DNA from: a virus
Lineage: Duplodnaviria; Caudoviricetes
IMG/VR virus record: IMGVR_UViG_3300022178_002236
Span: 1 to 54,067 of that record
Length of the DNA: 54,067 nt
Direction: 5' to 3' (one strand)
A program made the position numbers and the translations under genes. Positions 51,803-54,067 of the stretch are shown here, one piece after another. Under the pieces are notes generated by a model. It saw only the letters and a program-made list of their open reading frames with translations. It made no database searches and was not told the origin of the DNA. Position 1 is the first letter of the stretch. Every line of letters begins with the position of its first letter.

Positions 51803-51818
51803 GGGTTAATTTTAACCC
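51803..51818. repeat. Dispersed palindrome copy 9 (GGGTTA-ATTT-TAACCC)
   Basis: Intergenic, perfect 6-bp arms. Confidence 0.85.
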
Positions 51819-51828
51819 CAAGCGGGGA

Positions 51829-51848
51829 TGCAGGGGTTGCCCCCTACA
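51829..51848 (-). terminator. GCAA-loop hairpin at the stop of the VWA gene
   Basis: Minus strand TGTAGGGG-GCAA-CCCCTGCA; no U-tract. Confidence 0.45.
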
Positions 51849-53112
51849 TCTCCACCTTGAGGAACGTGCCGAAAGGCTCCTGCCCCTCGAACGGATCAAC
51901 ACCAGTCGATGCCCACAACACCGGGAAGTGCGTCTCGTCCTGCACCTCCTTGGAAAGGCTGGCGTACCCATCCGTGAAGTAGATCAGTGCCGTGGGATCG
52001 ATACCCTCCTGCTGTAGCAGCTTGAAGGGTGGCTCGAACCGTGTGCCACCGCCCGACTTGTTCTCGACCACGATGTCGCTGTAGTCGTCGAACTCGTCGT
52101 ACATCTCACCGCCAACGGTGCGCTGGATCGACCAGTCGCAGTAGATCACGACCACTCGGTCAGGCTTGATCACATCGCGCAGACTATCGATCTCGTCCGC
52201 GAAACGCTGCGCCTCTTTGGCAGAGACGCTGCCGCTGGTGTCGATGGCGAAGACAAGGTCGCCACCGCTGACACCCTCGGTCGAGGGGAAGTACTGGCCC
52301 CCGCCAATGAAGCGGCGGTTGGGACGAGCCAGCGTTGCCTCCTCACCGAAGCTGCTGGACAGGAAGTCGGCGAGAGCCTCTCGCCAGTCCACGGTAGCAG
52401 CCTTGGCAGCATCCAGCACACCATCGCTGATGTTGACGCTGCCGGAGCCGGTGACCTTCTCGACCTCAGCGGCCACGATGATGTTCCTGCGAACTTCCTC
52501 GAAAGCCTCTTCAAGATCGTCGCCGGTCAGGCGGTTGCCACCATCGTCGGTCTGATCCCAGACCTCACCGGCATGAGACGGAGCCTTGGGAGCACCAGAA
52601 GGCGCACCCTGATCGCCATCGCCACCGCTGGGGGCATCGCCACCCTCGGACGGCTCACCCTCACCACCAGCGCTCTGAGGGGTACTCTGGGGCTGTTCTG
52701 AACCGGACAGAGCCTTGGTGATCTGCTTGGCAGACATGCCCCGGAATTTATGGGCGAGCAGCGCCCCCTCCGGCAGTGCGAGACCAGCGTCGAAGACCAC
52801 AAGATTGACGGCATAATCACACGCCTGATTCCACAGGTCAGGGTCGATGTCGCCACGCAACAGGGGATGCATGAACGTGACATGCAGCCCCTCATGCAGG
52901 ACGACCGCCTCCAGTTCTGCGTCGGTGGTGTTCTGCACGAACGTGCGGTTCCAGAACATGGACTTGCCATCGGTCGCCATCGTGTCGGTGCGGGTGGTCT
53001 CGACCAACGGAAGGCCGAAGACCTGAGCAGCGTAGCCGGGAGCCTTGCTGCCCAGTCGAGAACGGGCGCGTACCAAGCGCCCGAACTCGGGATCAATGAT
53101 TGACTTGTACAT
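51844..53112 (-). CDS. Metallopeptidase plus VWA domain protein (DUF2201-like)
   Basis: TMATDG, HEGLH, WNQACDYAVN, AIDTSGS (MIDAS), GGGT.F, YFTDG. Confidence 0.88.
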   Translation of the reverse strand: MYKSIIDPEFGRLVRARSRLGSKAPGYAAQVFGLPLVETTRTDTMATDGKSMFWNRTFVQNTTDAELEAVVLHEGLHVTFMHPLLRGDIDPDLWNQACDYAVNLVVFDAGLALPEGALLAHKFRGMSAKQITKALSGSEQPQSTPQSAGGEGEPSEGGDAPSGGDGDQGAPSGAPKAPSHAGEVWDQTDDGGNRLTGDDLEEAFEEVRRNIIVAAEVEKVTGSGSVNISDGVLDAAKAATVDWREALADFLSSSFGEEATLARPNRRFIGGGQYFPSTEGVSGGDLVFAIDTSGSVSAKEAQRFADEIDSLRDVIKPDRVVVIYCDWSIQRTVGGEMYDEFDDYSDIVVENKSGGGTRFEPPFKLLQQEGIDPTALIYFTDGYASLSKEVQDETHFPVLWASTGVDPFEGQEPFGTFLKVEM

Positions 53113-53123
53113 AGTTATTCCTC

Positions 53124-54053
53124 CTAGTTGAAGACAGAAGAGAGATTGTCGGCCAGCTTGGTGGCCTTGGCGGCAACGACCGCCCGGTCTTCGTCATCCT
53201 CGCGCAGGGTCTCACCCGTGCGATTACCGATCACCGCCATTATGTCGCTGGCAGCCTGATCCAGCCGTGCGTCACCCTCGACGTTGAGAGCGCGAACCAC
53301 CGGCACCAACTCACGCAGCCGGTTGACCGTGCTGTCACGGAACGCCGTCGCCCGTTTGTTCTCCGGGTCATACTCAGAGAGACTGTCGGCAAAGTGGCGC
53401 AGCGTGGTCAGCACTGTGTCGCGGGTGTGCGTGGCGACCTCTTCGAGGCGCTTGTTTGCACGGCCCTCGACCTCCGCCTTGAGTGCATCCACAAATTCCT
53501 TGGATGCTGACACGCGGATGTCGTCGCTGTCCGGTATCACATCAAGCTCACGGTCGAACGAATACCGCTCGGCCACGATGATTGCAGCGTTTGCGTCATC
53601 GTCGTTTCCTCCGGCGTAGTCGTCAGCCGACCACAGGTTGGGGTTCTCATCACGCGCACGCTCGATGGCGGCGGGTAGTTCATCCCGCAAATCCTCCAGC
53701 GCAGCGTCGAACCGAGACCGGAACTCCCCAAGATTGCGGAGAACCTTCTCGTTCAGCGCGTTGGGCAGGATGTACCAGCCCTTGTCGTCCCACGTTGGGA
53801 GACCACCCGTGATGAACTCGCCATCGATAGGGCCAGCGCTGTCACCACGCAGATAGTTACGCGCAGCGCCCAGTATCTTCTTGGGAGCCTTGAGAACCTC
53901 GGGATCGACCAGCCGCTTGGACCCGGAGACCCAGTCGGATGTGGTGTCGAAGTGTGAAGCCGCACCCTCGGCGATTGCCTTGTCGGTGCGGATACCTCGC
54001 CATGTGGAACCAACCACGCGAACGAGAACGGCTTTTTCAGATAGTGCAGTCAT
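53124..54053 (-). CDS. Helical hypothetical protein (DUF3150-like) partnered with the VWA gene
   Basis: LSEKAVLV, LPTWDDKG, FRDSTV, LNV.GD; ATG 54053 with GAGGT (54065 also possible). Confidence 0.6.
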   Translation of the reverse strand: MTALSEKAVLVRVVGSTWRGIRTDKAIAEGAASHFDTTSDWVSGSKRLVDPEVLKAPKKILGAARNYLRGDSAGPIDGEFITGGLPTWDDKGWYILPNALNEKVLRNLGEFRSRFDAALEDLRDELPAAIERARDENPNLWSADDYAGGNDDDANAAIIVAERYSFDRELDVIPDSDDIRVSASKEFVDALKAEVEGRANKRLEEVATHTRDTVLTTLRHFADSLSEYDPENKRATAFRDSTVNRLRELVPVVRALNVEGDARLDQAASDIMAVIGNRTGETLREDDEDRAVVAAKATKLADNLSSVFN

Positions 54054-54067
54054 GTCATACCTCATAT

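Larger units (their letters stand above)
1..54067. mobile_element. Tailed dsDNA bacteriophage genome segment (podovirus-like, possibly temperate)
   Basis: Continuous TerL-portal-scaffold-capsid-adaptor-fibre-nozzle-ejection-lysis operon, plus a recombination/replication arm with a tyrosine recombinase; no host housekeeping genes. Confidence 0.97.

Noticed and set aside
1-54067. Terminal repeat or circularity; tRNA genes
   Set aside because: Ends share only CATAT; no cloverleaf or T-loop signature noticed (tRNAscan-SE would confirm)

Overview
The whole window is part of a tailed dsDNA phage genome with podovirus-like (P22/T7-style) virion architecture. About 2-42.7 kb (+) is the late operon: terminase large subunit, portal, GroES-like co-chaperonin, scaffold, capsid, a cluster of small basic proteins, adaptors, tail fibres, a three-gene envelope-targeted module, nozzle, ejection proteins, a 2964-aa polyvalent protein, lysozyme/holins, an Asp/Asn beta-hydroxylase and an HNH. 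About 42.7-54 kb (mostly -) is the early/replication arm: tyrosine recombinase, HTH/RHH regulators, SSB, Sak, exonuclease, RusA, primase-helicase, VWA-metallopeptidase. I saw no tRNA, rRNA, CRISPR array, TerS or DNA polymerase. The strongest signals not explained by annotation are: (1) a 16-bp palindrome RGGTTA-N4-TAACCY dispersed nine times, inside and between genes; (2) two RBS-led +1-frame ORFs nested in linkers of the giant polyvalent protein, each ending at a recurring K[YF]SL motif; (3) a perfect chromosomal-type parS site with no ParB in the window; (4) a G-tract and CTAG-dense non-coding left end. Family names come from recognising motifs by eye, not from database searches.
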